Shown here piece after piece: positions 15,680 to 25,427 of a stretch of DNA of 64,000 nucleotides. The translations under genes and the position numbers were made by a program. The first letter of the stretch is position 1. Each line of letters starts with the position of its first letter. Source of the DNA: a virus (lineage: Duplodnaviria > Heunggongvirae > Uroviricota > Caudoviricetes); the IMG/VR virus record IMGVR_UViG_3300042519_001716; one strand, written 5' to 3'. A model generated the notes under the pieces. That model was not told the origin of the DNA. It made no database searches and saw only the letters and a list, made by a program, of their open reading frames with translations.

Positions 15680-17818
15680 TTATATTAATTTTTTTGGTTG
15701 ATAATCAAAGTCAATTGGTTTATGGTTTTTGTTTCCCCAGTATCCATTTCCTTCCCATTGGTATTGGAAGCTAAGGTCTAGTTCTGAGTTAAGTCTTCTT
15801 TCTTCTGCCATTAACATATCAAATTCTTCATGTGATCTACCATTTTCTCCCCAGATTGGTTTTGCGTGTACTCTTGCTCGTACGGCCGCGTTTACCTTTA
15901 TATGAGAAAAATCTACGGTTTTAAATGGCGTTTGTTTTTCAATATTAGATTCCGGTTGTTTAAAATTAAAATCACATTTATATTTCCAGTTTCCATCTCT
16001 ATCTATAATAAACTTATGGTTGGCCCAGAATGGCCCCACGTTTCTTTCTCCGAATTCAACCAGATCCAATTGTTGATCAAACTTTATATCCAATGAGAAT
16101 CCACCTCTGGTTCTCCATAACATTCTGAATAGTACAAACATTTCATTTACCAGAGTATTTGCAAATGGGTGCATGTTTGGTTGTATAATCCGGTAGTCAA
16201 ACTGCTCGTATTCAATTTCATTTAATGTGGATCGATCAAAAATGTTTAATACATAGTGATCTCTTATTAGGTTTGGTCTATGTGGAACATGTACATGATT
16301 AATGGTTACTAAGTTTTGTAAGAATATGGCAAATGATTTGATTCTACATAGCACGTGTATCTTTGTTAACCTAAAGTCTTTGGTCATCCATTGATCCATG
16401 AAGAAGTGTGGTGATACCCCATATCTATCAGGATTTTGACCAACCACCGTATTCATCCCCATACCGAATCCAAATCCCGCAGCTATTGTTAATATGTTTT
16501 GATTTCTATTTCTCCATATGAATGTTAGCGTGTCCGAGAAGTCTTGGTAGTCTTCAGTTGGGAATCCAACAATCCAATTGGTAAACGCGCTTATACCGAC
16601 AATCCTTCCAGATTCCATGTTCTGTTCCATCTCCAGTATGGTTACGCCCTTGGCCATATCATTCAATACTTTCTGGCTTCCCGATTCAATTCCATAGTTA
16701 AGTGCCTCACAACCAGAACCCCTTAGATCCCAATAGAAATCCAGATCCATTCTTCCATCACATCTACAATACCCGGTCCAATGTAATTTTATATCCTTTG
16801 CGATGATGGCCTTGCAGAACGCCCTTAGTTCAGAAAGATTTCCATTTACCAAGCTATCAATAAACCATACAACATCCGTACCTTTGCTATAATATAAATG
16901 TTCAATCTCCGCTAGTGCATCTGTGGCCATCCTTTGTCTATACTTCCAGAAGTGTGTCTCCTCACAGAATGTACATTTGGCAACACAACCTCTGCTGAAC
17001 TCGGTATTGATTCCATTTGGATAAACATATTCATTAAAATCAAAATCGCTGTAGTCAGGTAGCGGAAGATTATTTAAATCCAACCTTTGCTTTTCTGGTT
17101 GTGATAGTATTTGAATTTCATTATGCACAACACCATTCTCCACCTCATCTAATATCTGTAACAATATGGCTTCGCCCTCACCAATGACAGAGTAATCAAT
17201 TAAACCTTTTGGATAGTCATCTTTAAATTGATGTATTCTTAATACCGCATTGGGACCGCCGATAGCGATCTTAATGTTTGGCATAAGTCTTTTTAATTCG
17301 GTGGCCACCCATTTAACTGGCTCCTCATTGCAATAGTACATGGTAAACCCAACCACATCCGGCTTCCAATCAACAATCTGTTGGATATACTGTCGAAGCA
17401 CCGGCTCAATATGCGGATGCAACTCCGTATAATATGTTTTCTCTAACCATTTCCATTCCTTTGCCCCATCCCATGGATCAAAATCAATCTTATTTTCTCT
17501 AATTAATTCTCTAAAAACATTATGTATCTTTATATTTAAATCCAAGCATTTGGTTTCATATCCGGAATGCTTTGCAACGGAAGCCAATCTCGCCGTGTTG
17601 AATGGTGGGAAATTTGGGGACCACTCCGGTAATAACATTAAAAACAATCTTGTTTTCTTTGTTGCTGGAATGATATCAATGGTGGTTAGATTACCTTGCA
17701 CCTTGTTCTTTGCAAAGGGAGCAATCGCTTCCATCATCGCCACATGTTTGTCCTCCGAATCTGGGGTTTTTATTCTTGGCTTGGCCTCGTCTTTTTTGAA
17801 ATTATATAAATCGCTCAT
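15680..17818 (-). CDS. B12-binding-domain radical SAM enzyme with ~300-aa C-terminal extension of unknown function
   Basis: Rossmann-like B12-binding region (VVGFTMYY..IKIAIGGPNA) followed by CVAKCTFCEE (CxxxCxxC) radical SAM motif; 712 aa. Confidence 0.75.
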   Translation of the reverse strand: MSDLYNFKKDEAKPRIKTPDSEDKHVAMMEAIAPFAKNKVQGNLTTIDIIPATKKTRLFLMLLPEWSPNFPPFNTARLASVAKHSGYETKCLDLNIKIHNVFRELIRENKIDFDPWDGAKEWKWLEKTYYTELHPHIEPVLRQYIQQIVDWKPDVVGFTMYYCNEEPVKWVATELKRLMPNIKIAIGGPNAVLRIHQFKDDYPKGLIDYSVIGEGEAILLQILDEVENGVVHNEIQILSQPEKQRLDLNNLPLPDYSDFDFNEYVYPNGINTEFSRGCVAKCTFCEETHFWKYRQRMATDALAEIEHLYYSKGTDVVWFIDSLVNGNLSELRAFCKAIIAKDIKLHWTGYCRCDGRMDLDFYWDLRGSGCEALNYGIESGSQKVLNDMAKGVTILEMEQNMESGRIVGISAFTNWIVGFPTEDYQDFSDTLTFIWRNRNQNILTIAAGFGFGMGMNTVVGQNPDRYGVSPHFFMDQWMTKDFRLTKIHVLCRIKSFAIFLQNLVTINHVHVPHRPNLIRDHYVLNIFDRSTLNEIEYEQFDYRIIQPNMHPFANTLVNEMFVLFRMLWRTRGGFSLDIKFDQQLDLVEFGERNVGPFWANHKFIIDRDGNWKYKCDFNFKQPESNIEKQTPFKTVDFSHIKVNAAVRARVHAKPIWGENGRSHEEFDMLMAEERRLNSELDLSFQYQWEGNGYWGNKNHKPIDFDYQPKKLI

Positions 17819-17836
17819 TAATATTTTTTAAGGGTA

Positions 17837-18001
17837 TTATTTATTTAAATTTTTTAATATTCTTATTTCCCTTTCTGTTTTAGTTATCTCATTCCTTATG
17901 TATCTACTTAAAGCATCTTCACTATATCTAATACTCATAGTTAATAAATCATTTAGATTTACTAACCGTGACTTCAATTCTATTATCACCTTTAAGCTCA
18001 T
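17837..18001 (-). CDS. possible small coiled-coil protein (54 aa, below track cutoff)
   Basis: manual translation MSLKVIIELKSRLVNLNDLL... in the otherwise empty 17.82-18.01 kb gap. Confidence 0.25.
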   Translation of the reverse strand: MSLKVIIELKSRLVNLNDLLTMSIRYSEDALSRYIRNEITKTEREIRILKNLNK

Positions 18002-18011
18002 CGTTTTTTTG

Positions 18012-18332
18012 TTATTTTAATCTATAATAGATATCCAATAATATTTTATATAACCATTGCGGTTTTCTATAATAAAATCCTTTGGATCTATTCTTGGGGT
18101 ACCAACTCCAATGATACCCTATACATATTTCAAACCAAAGTTGTTTAAGCTTCCATTTTCTTTCCCCATTCTTATTTAGATGAATCAAAAATAAATGATC
18201 CGTTCCTTCTTTTCTTCTAAAGTAATATAGTTTACCCAAGTAATAACATGAGCCCTCTAATGGCTCATCATAGTAATTTGAGACGAATCTATAATCAACT
18301 TGTGTATCTTTAACTAATTCTATCTGTGACAT
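18012..18332 (-). CDS. hypothetical protein
   Basis: ORF track, 106 aa. Confidence 0.45.
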   Translation of the reverse strand: MSQIELVKDTQVDYRFVSNYYDEPLEGSCYYLGKLYYFRRKEGTDHLFLIHLNKNGERKWKLKQLWFEICIGYHWSWYPKNRSKGFYYRKPQWLYKILLDIYYRLK

Positions 18333-18336
18333 AATC

Positions 18337-18525
18337 TTACTGTTTAATTCTCATACCATAATCATCAAACTCATTTTCTTCTGGTAACGATTCCATTTCT
18401 CTTTTGAAGATGTAGGAACCAACATCACATAGGATAAGTTCCCAACCCTCTTTACCCATTTGGGACAATAGAGCTTGATTAATATAATCCATTTTAGTGA
18501 TCTGTTTGTATTCAAATAGTTTCAT
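18337..18525 (-). CDS. hypothetical protein (DUF4177-like MKLFEYK..KEGWEL pattern)
   Basis: weak resemblance to the DUF4177 signature. Confidence 0.35.
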   Translation of the reverse strand: MKLFEYKQITKMDYINQALLSQMGKEGWELILCDVGSYIFKREMESLPEENEFDDYGMRIKQ

Positions 18526-18526
18526 A

Positions 18527-18742
18527 TTATTTTATTTTTACGTTTCCGGTTATAGGGTCAATTGAAATTCTATCATTATCTTTAAAGTGATTTGCTATGT
18601 CTTGATACTTTGGGTCCGCGACCACCGATACCGTTAAACCAATGCACACATCTTTTTTATATAATGGTTCTAGTTTATAACTTCGTATCTTTATTTTGAG
18701 TTCGTCTTCCAACATCTCCTTATCTATTATTATCTTAAGCAT
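18527..18742 (-). CDS. hypothetical protein
   Basis: ORF track, 71 aa. Confidence 0.4.
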   Translation of the reverse strand: MLKIIIDKEMLEDELKIKIRSYKLEPLYKKDVCIGLTVSVVADPKYQDIANHFKDNDRISIDPITGNVKIK

Positions 18743-19899
18743 TATATTAAGTTTGTTGGTTGTAGTTGGCTTTCAATATTGTAAAGATAATTTAAAAATG
18801 TTTTATTTAAAATATCTTTTCGATATTCTTTGTTAAAATATAAATCCTGATTGAACTTACATATGTCTAAAACCTCTTTGCTATTATATACATTGGACAA
18901 CTCAACAGCGCTATCTATAATGTGTTTTATTTTATGATCACCATCCATTTCATCATAGTCTTCGTTAATAACCGAATTAAATGTTTTGAATCCCATATCC
19001 CTCAATGTTTTAAGGTGGCCCCTTGATGCAGAAACAACAAATGGTACACCCAAGTATATTGCCTTCCAGGTTTTTTCGGTTATATGGATTTCTAATTGGT
19101 TAAAGTTTGTTTCAGTAATAATATTAACCTTACTTTTATAATACCAATTAGGGTTTACTGTATAAAGATATTCCTCGCGCTTAGATAATTCACTACCATA
19201 CATTACATCATCTTCCAATTGAATTGATTTAAAATTGTCCGAATCTATTCCTAAGTGATCGGTTAATTTTTTATTTAATAGGTTTTTTTTATGTTTATTA
19301 TCCACCCAACTAAGTCTTGTGTCATTTAGTAATTCCCTATCAAATAGTTCTTCAATTATTTTATATTTGTGATAATACATTCTTCTATTTAAACACAAAA
19401 ATTTTTTATCTGGTGTTATGTGATTATGTTTAACAACATAATTTATAAGATGATTATAAGTTGATAGAAAGAAATTAGGAAAGAAAATGGTGTTTAATAT
19501 AAAATTTTCATATTTTACTTTATGTATACCAAGATTATTTGAATTATTAATTGCAACAAATAAACGATTTATATTAATACTATTTGATTTTAATTTATTT
19601 AAAAAATTTAAACTTAATTCATCCGGTCTACTATGTGATTCACCTGAAAAGTCTGATATAAAATAAAAATTCTCTGTTTGTAATCTAATCAGTAATTCTA
19701 TAAATTCAATGGAATGTGTATGTGTGCTATTGGGAAATGACCATCTTACTTCCCATTTGAAAACTAAAAAGTTTAATTTGGTTTGGTCAATAGGGTTGGT
19801 ATCAATATTTTTAAATAGAATTGTGCAATCTATTTTTTCAATAGACTCTCTAATGCGTGTATTAGGCGATATATTGGTATACCAGAAATCTATTCCCAT
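18742..19899 (-). CDS. hypothetical 385-aa protein, possibly glycosyltransferase-like
   Basis: C-terminal EKTWKAIYLGVPFVV segment resembles GT-B sugar transferase motifs; weak. Confidence 0.3.
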   Translation of the reverse strand: MGIDFWYTNISPNTRIRESIEKIDCTILFKNIDTNPIDQTKLNFLVFKWEVRWSFPNSTHTHSIEFIELLIRLQTENFYFISDFSGESHSRPDELSLNFLNKLKSNSININRLFVAINNSNNLGIHKVKYENFILNTIFFPNFFLSTYNHLINYVVKHNHITPDKKFLCLNRRMYYHKYKIIEELFDRELLNDTRLSWVDNKHKKNLLNKKLTDHLGIDSDNFKSIQLEDDVMYGSELSKREEYLYTVNPNWYYKSKVNIITETNFNQLEIHITEKTWKAIYLGVPFVVSASRGHLKTLRDMGFKTFNSVINEDYDEMDGDHKIKHIIDSAVELSNVYNSKEVLDICKFNQDLYFNKEYRKDILNKTFLNYLYNIESQLQPTNLI

Positions 19900-19900
19900 A

Positions 19901-20089
19901 TTATTTAATTTTGAAAAAATTAATAAACCTATCTTTTAATGTGGTTTTCTTATGTGCTTTTAGTGTTTCTTGATATTCAATAACTTCAAGAGCCTCACTC
20001 ATTTTTATTGGAATACCTCTTCTTACCTTATCAGATAATTCTTCAAGACGTTTATCAATAATTGTTTTTCTAAATGTATTTTCTTTCAT
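19901..20089 (-). CDS. hypothetical protein
   Basis: ORF track, 62 aa. Confidence 0.4.
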   Translation of the reverse strand: MKENTFRKTIIDKRLEELSDKVRRGIPIKMSEALEVIEYQETLKAHKKTTLKDRFINFFKIK

Positions 20090-20232
20090 AATGTTGTATA
20101 AAAAAATAATGAATCAAATTTAGAATGCGCAAGAAAGTAACTACCATCTTTACATTGATACAAATTAACTGCCCTACCATTTACTCTATCATAAAATCTA
20201 CATTCTATAAATTTTGAGAATAATCTTTTCAT
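20086..20232 (-). CDS. possible small protein (48 aa) with ATGA overlap to downstream gene
   Basis: manual translation MKRLFSKFIECRFYDRVNGRAVNLYQCKDGSYFLAHSKFDSLFFYTTL; stop overlaps start of the 19901..20089 gene. Confidence 0.25.
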   Translation of the reverse strand: MKRLFSKFIECRFYDRVNGRAVNLYQCKDGSYFLAHSKFDSLFFYTTL

Positions 20233-20236
20233 ATTT

Positions 20237-20881
20237 TTAATCTAATGAATTTGGATAATATAATAATGTTGGGTTCTTCTTTTGAATGTCGATGTCTGAA
20301 TACTTTTCATTAAATGCCATTACATCAAATCTTTTTGTGATAAGATGATGTCCGTTCTTGGTTGGGATTATCTTTTCAATCTTAGGTCCAACCTTATATC
20401 CAATTGGCATTCCAGCTTCATCAAACTCAACCTCAGTAAATGGTTTGCATCCATATTCAATATGTGCAATCATCAGTGGTGATATTTCTTTTTGATCAAC
20501 ATCAACAATCCATCTCTTCTCCGATGTTTTTATTTTACCAACAACAGAATCAAATACATTCTTTTGATTAATTTGTCCTGATTGTATTCTGGTTACAATT
20601 TCTGTTATCATATCCAATGAAACATCCATATGGTTTTGTTTGGCCACATGAATATATGCTCTAGCTTTGAATACCTCACATAGTTGTTTAATTTCGTCAT
20701 ATCGCATATCGAGATATGGAATATTATCAATACAATATGATTTTATTGTCCTAACTGACTGGTGATTATCTCTCTCACCTTCAGGTTGATCTTTCTTGCG
20801 TTTGAATACATAGAGCATATAGAAGTCACCTTCTTTATCAAAGTTCAAGAGCGGTTTAATTAATTCTATATTGTCTACCAT
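20237..20881 (-). CDS. hypothetical protein
   Basis: ORF track, 214 aa. Confidence 0.5.
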   Translation of the reverse strand: MVDNIELIKPLLNFDKEGDFYMLYVFKRKKDQPEGERDNHQSVRTIKSYCIDNIPYLDMRYDEIKQLCEVFKARAYIHVAKQNHMDVSLDMITEIVTRIQSGQINQKNVFDSVVGKIKTSEKRWIVDVDQKEISPLMIAHIEYGCKPFTEVEFDEAGMPIGYKVGPKIEKIIPTKNGHHLITKRFDVMAFNEKYSDIDIQKKNPTLLYYPNSLD

Positions 20882-21035
20882 CTTAAATTTTATTTCTTAT
20901 ATTTCCTTAACTTATTCTGTTCATTTAATATCCAGAGTCTTATCTTCAATCTTTGAAAGAAACCAGTTGTCTCAGATAATAACGTTTTAAAATACATAAT
21001 CTTCTTTTCGATTATTCTTTTTGCCATATGTGTGT

Positions 21036-21941
21036 TTATTTGTTTAAGAATCTTGTAAAAAGATCTTCTGTATCTTTACAGAAATAATACTTCTCTGGTT
21101 GTTTACTACCCTTCATTACTCCCCATCTACCAGCATTATAATAAAAGATATACATCTTTCCTTTGTATTTGAATGTGGCCTTTGCTGGTTCATCCAATAC
21201 AATCATTGAGATAATGTCATATTCAGATAAGAATCCCTCAATAACCTTCTTAGTGTGATTAAATTTATCTTCGAACGTTTTGGGATCGTGACTAACTTCT
21301 TTGTTGCTCTTAAATTCTTTAGGTACCGGCTTAAAGTCTTCCTCATTAATATATCTAGAGACTTTTGAAATAGTTTTATTTGTTCTTAGTTGATCAATAC
21401 TTTCTTTGATGATGGGGTCTTCAGCAAAGTCACATAACTTATATAGGATCTGAGCCTCATCTAATGCATCTGGTAATGCCCTATGTTTCTCCACATAGTT
21501 TCTATCCTGCATCAACCACCTATATACATTCTCTTCCTTGAGACTTATTTCCTCGTCAAGAAGAACTTTAGCATATTCGCTAGCGGTTTCCATTAAACAT
21601 TTGCTTTCTTTGTACCTGAAACCAAGACTAGATAACCACCCCATATCAAATCTCTTGTTATATGCTGTTACCTTGTACTTGTCTAGTATGGCTTGAATCT
21701 CGGCTCTATATGTGTTAATGTCTTGAGCACGTTCGACATCTCTGAATTTCAAATCAGAATGATCAAATATCCAGGATCTCTTATGATAATCACTGAGTGT
21801 GCTTTCCCTAACAATGTTATTGAACAGAATCTCAGTTTTTCTGGTCTCTGTGTCGCATAAAACTATTGCAAGTTCAACTATAGAATTGTTTTTTTCCCTA
21901 ACAAATCCTGTAGTTTCAATGTCAATAATAGCTAATTTCAT
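21036..21941 (-). CDS. DEDDh 3'-5' exonuclease (DnaQ-like) with C-terminal extension
   Basis: LAIIDIETTGF Exo I motif and HRALPDALDEAQ Exo III motif. Confidence 0.7.
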   Translation of the reverse strand: MKLAIIDIETTGFVREKNNSIVELAIVLCDTETRKTEILFNNIVRESTLSDYHKRSWIFDHSDLKFRDVERAQDINTYRAEIQAILDKYKVTAYNKRFDMGWLSSLGFRYKESKCLMETASEYAKVLLDEEISLKEENVYRWLMQDRNYVEKHRALPDALDEAQILYKLCDFAEDPIIKESIDQLRTNKTISKVSRYINEEDFKPVPKEFKSNKEVSHDPKTFEDKFNHTKKVIEGFLSEYDIISMIVLDEPAKATFKYKGKMYIFYYNAGRWGVMKGSKQPEKYYFCKDTEDLFTRFLNK

Positions 21942-21995
21942 CTGGATGTCTCTTATTTTTATACTATAATAAGAGAAAAAAACTACAATTCCAAA

Positions 21996-22703
21996 TTAAT
22001 CCCAATATTTGTGTGATTGCCTAAAAAATTCAGGATTGTTTCTATTGATATATGCTTTAACCATAATGTTAAACATCCAAAAAATACCTTTTGATTTAAA
22101 TCTTCTTGGTGATGTATATATGCCGGATAAATTTAAAATTTTAAATTCTTTGACATTCACTTTCTTTGATAAAGAATAATCCTCTGCAAATAATTCCAGG
22201 GGATTATAACCACCAACTTTCCAATAAGATCGTGTGTTCCAAAGTTGAAATCCACCTATAGCAAATGGTGTTCCGGCTAGTATCGATAACCTTTGAAATA
22301 TATCAAAAACCCTAAATACCCATCTATATGGGTAATCTGTATAAAATGGTACTGTTATTAAATCTTTATGGTGTTTTAAACACTCTTCTAACATAATTGG
22401 ATTTGTTAAAAACACATCAGCATCCAGAAATAACATATAGGGTGTATTAACCAATATACTACCATTAAATCTCGCTTCTGATGGGTAACCACCCTTAATC
22501 ACCTCAATGTCTAATAGATGGCTAAAATCTCTTATTAAGTCCCTTATATGAAATAAAGAATCATATGTATCAGACACATCAGATATTATTATCCTTGTGC
22601 CATTAATATTGGTTTGTTTAGAGATATTATATACACAATCATATAATGTCCTTGACTCATTCTTGGACGGAATAACAATTGTTAAATTATTTTTTATATT
22701 CAT
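21996..22703 (-). CDS. family 2 glycosyltransferase
   Basis: LTIVIPSKNES N-terminal GT-A signature and LFLDADVFL DxD motif. Confidence 0.6.
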   Translation of the reverse strand: MNIKNNLTIVIPSKNESRTLYDCVYNISKQTNINGTRIIISDVSDTYDSLFHIRDLIRDFSHLLDIEVIKGGYPSEARFNGSILVNTPYMLFLDADVFLTNPIMLEECLKHHKDLITVPFYTDYPYRWVFRVFDIFQRLSILAGTPFAIGGFQLWNTRSYWKVGGYNPLELFAEDYSLSKKVNVKEFKILNLSGIYTSPRRFKSKGIFWMFNIMVKAYINRNNPEFFRQSHKYWD

Positions 22704-23415
22704 GTGAGCAATATATTCCGTTGTTATATGTTATATATGAATTATTTTCTATCCAGTCACCAGTGTTTAAGTATCTTATACCATCAACCATTCTGTCCTC
22801 TGGATGATGTATATGTCCACAGATTACTGAGTGACAGTGATGCTTCTTGGCTTGTCTTGTTAATTCTATTTCAAATTGTGTAATAAACTTAACAGCTTCC
22901 TTTACTTTGTCTTTTAAAAACTTGGATAACGATCGTTTCATCCCAAATTTTTTAAGTCTTCTATCAATTGTAATGGCCATATCATAACCAATAGACCCCA
23001 GAACACCCAACCATTTTAATTTAACCACACCATCATAAAGATCCCCATGTGTAATAAAAGTATTTTTCCAAATATACTCGTTGTGAATTTCAATATTTCC
23101 AAAGGAGAATTCCCCATATTCCCTTAAGAACTCATCATGGTTACCAGGAATGTAAATCACTTTACACCCATTCTTTGAATGTGATAAAATTTTTCTTAAT
23201 ACGTTTGTGTGAGACTGTGGCCAACGGAACTTTCTTTTTAATAACCAACCATCTATTATATCCCCAACCAAAAAAAGATATTCAGGTTGATATTGTTTAA
23301 GAATTGCTAAAACACCTTCGGCGTTAGAACCCTTTGATCCGAGGTGTACATCGGATATGAATAATGCTTCTATCTTCATCTTCTTATAAATATCATAATG
23401 ATCGCCCTTTCGCAT
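22687..23415 (-). CDS. LpxH-family metallophosphoesterase (UDP-2,3-diacylglucosamine pyrophosphatase-like)
   Basis: LFISDVHLG, LVGDIIDGW, IPGNHDEFL, ITHGDL and CGHIHHPE blocks align in order with E. coli LpxH motifs. Confidence 0.7.
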   Translation of the reverse strand: MRKGDHYDIYKKMKIEALFISDVHLGSKGSNAEGVLAILKQYQPEYLFLVGDIIDGWLLKRKFRWPQSHTNVLRKILSHSKNGCKVIYIPGNHDEFLREYGEFSFGNIEIHNEYIWKNTFITHGDLYDGVVKLKWLGVLGSIGYDMAITIDRRLKKFGMKRSLSKFLKDKVKEAVKFITQFEIELTRQAKKHHCHSVICGHIHHPEDRMVDGIRYLNTGDWIENNSYITYNNGIYCSHEYKK

Positions 23416-23432
23416 AAAGTGCTCAAGGGCTC
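23398..23432 (-). repeat. second copy of the 34-bp hairpin element, overlapping the LpxH-like start codon
   Basis: see 11641..11674. Confidence 0.6.
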
Positions 23433-23721
23433 TGACGTAGCATTATGTTAAATTTTTATTAACAATTATTTACTTTTTGCCAGTTTTCTCGTATTTATTT
23501 TCTGTAGGTTTTCTGACAGAAAAAGGAAGGCTTTCGCCCAGAGGGTAATTCAGAAATTGAGAGTATGGGTCTAATTGGTGGGGTAGTTCTAAATAAGAAT
23601 GAGACGTACCAACTACAAAAGAGGTCAACGTTTATAAGGTTAATATGGGGAACGATCTGTTGAGGATCAAATCTGGTTAGCTGAAGCTCGTTGGGTTAGT
23701 CAAAGTTGAGAGTAAATTCTC

Positions 23722-23973
23722 CTAGAGGTGATCTATGTCCTTACTTAAGAGTTTTAACCATTGATCTTCATTTATTAGTTTAATTTCTTGTATTTTACCT
23801 TGTCCCATTTCTTTAGATGTTAAATGCCAACTATTACATAATGGACAGTGATAATACCTAGATTCTTTTCTCCATGGTTTATTACTATCTTTCAATATAT
23901 TCAAAGCAGCTTTAGCTTCTCTTTTATTGAATTGTCTTTTATCACATATTACCCTTTCCTTCTTCATTTTCAA
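23722..23973 (-). CDS. small zinc-finger protein
   Basis: ICDKRQ..YYHCPLCNSWH Cys/His pattern. Confidence 0.45.
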   Translation of the reverse strand: MKMKKERVICDKRQFNKREAKAALNILKDSNKPWRKESRYYHCPLCNSWHLTSKEMGQGKIQEIKLINEDQWLKLLSKDIDHL

Positions 23974-24166
23974 TAAAAGATTTCATATAGTTAATATGTT
24001 CATCACATTCCCTAACTTTATTAATTAACATACCCCTAACTCTCATTCCAAGTAATCTATCATCATTACATTCTGTAATAATATCAGATGGAACAACTAT
24101 TGATTGTTTTGCTTCTTCTGCTAAACTTATCGATTGTTTTGCATAATATGTTTTTTCATTTTTCAT
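23942..24166 (-). CDS. hypothetical protein
   Basis: ORF track, 74 aa. Confidence 0.4.
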   Translation of the reverse strand: MKNEKTYYAKQSISLAEEAKQSIVVPSDIITECNDDRLLGMRVRGMLINKVRECDEHINYMKSFIENEEGKGNM

Positions 24167-24168
24167 TA

Positions 24169-25380
24169 TTAGTTATAAAGTTTCTTTTTATTTTTCATTG
24201 TTTCATCCCAATTATAAAAAACATCCCACCAATTCTCAACTGTTTTGTTATCAAAACTGATTTTCTTTTCACTAGGAATAGATTGAAACCAATATACCAA
24301 CCAACCACTCTGTGGATCTCCACTAATTCCTCCACTAATTAAACTATTCCAAGCAACATGTTTTGGTATCGATGTATAATTAAATGGTACTGGTCTACTT
24401 TTTTTCCAATTAGTTTTATTAACCAATGTCTTTGTTCCACCATTTGGCTTCCAATCACCAATATCAGATAATATTGAAGTGGAATTATCATAATCATAGT
24501 CACCAACCGAATTGGGTGAATGATGGGTGTCACCACATCTACCTTCTTTTTGTCCACCAACAAACTTTTTCCAAAAGAAATCACCATCAACAGATCCAAG
24601 CTGTGCTTCAATTTGGTGACCACGACAGTGAATCATTTCTGCAAACCATCTACTGTACATGTTACCATAAACAACATATGTTTTATTATATACCGGTAAG
24701 TCGGCATCTCGGTAACTATTTGATACATCCCCATATGGTGAAGACATATTGGATTCATAAACATATAAGTTTTTTATATATTGAGGATAGTTAATCCAAA
24801 CTTCCTTAACACCATAACTCTCAACCAAATTCTTTAATCCAATTGAATCAAATAATGTTTTGTAATCTGGTGTATATTTGTCAACATAGGGACTACTGTT
24901 TTTATAAACAAGTGGTAGGTTCTGAACCTTAAAATACTTAATAACTTTAATTCCAACATATGGTGTTGCAGATGGATCATTATATCCGCGAAATTTAGAA
25001 CCTTCTTCTATTGCAAATTTTGTCTTTTGGTTATTATTTAATGTCCAATAGAATATATCGTTCTTATTTAAATCCGAAACAACACGACCAGCATAATCTG
25101 GAACAGCCGCCTTTACACTTTCTAACAATACCCCATTGGTATCCGTTGGAATAATATCTATTATAATAACCGGAACAATTAGTTTTGCTCCGGTCGCCGG
25201 CTTAGCCAGAAAATCATCTACAATTGTATCAACAATTGGCCTGTATTTGTATACAACTGCGGTATTTTGCTGTTGTTGGTTGTCATCTAGCTTCCGAGGA
25301 AGAATTGTATCATCCTTTTGGCAGGCAGAAAATAGTAAAATTAAGATTAGATACCTCATATTTTTGTGTTTATAAGGCAA
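24169..25380 (-). CDS. putative secreted lipoprotein (403 aa)
   Basis: N-terminus MRYLILILLFSACQKDD: signal peptide with lipobox Cys followed by acidic residues. Confidence 0.5.
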   Translation of the reverse strand: MPYKHKNMRYLILILLFSACQKDDTILPRKLDDNQQQQNTAVVYKYRPIVDTIVDDFLAKPATGAKLIVPVIIIDIIPTDTNGVLLESVKAAVPDYAGRVVSDLNKNDIFYWTLNNNQKTKFAIEEGSKFRGYNDPSATPYVGIKVIKYFKVQNLPLVYKNSSPYVDKYTPDYKTLFDSIGLKNLVESYGVKEVWINYPQYIKNLYVYESNMSSPYGDVSNSYRDADLPVYNKTYVVYGNMYSRWFAEMIHCRGHQIEAQLGSVDGDFFWKKFVGGQKEGRCGDTHHSPNSVGDYDYDNSTSILSDIGDWKPNGGTKTLVNKTNWKKSRPVPFNYTSIPKHVAWNSLISGGISGDPQSGWLVYWFQSIPSEKKISFDNKTVENWWDVFYNWDETMKNKKKLYN

Positions 25381-25427
25381 AATTAATACTATTTTATTAG
25401 AATAACAAAATATAATTCTATATTTTT

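Noticed and set aside
23416-23721. tRNA gene in the 306-bp gap (and elsewhere in the window)
   Set aside because: No acceptor/T-arm arrangement with a GTTCRANYC-type T-loop could be assembled by eye. A covariance-model search is needed before any call.
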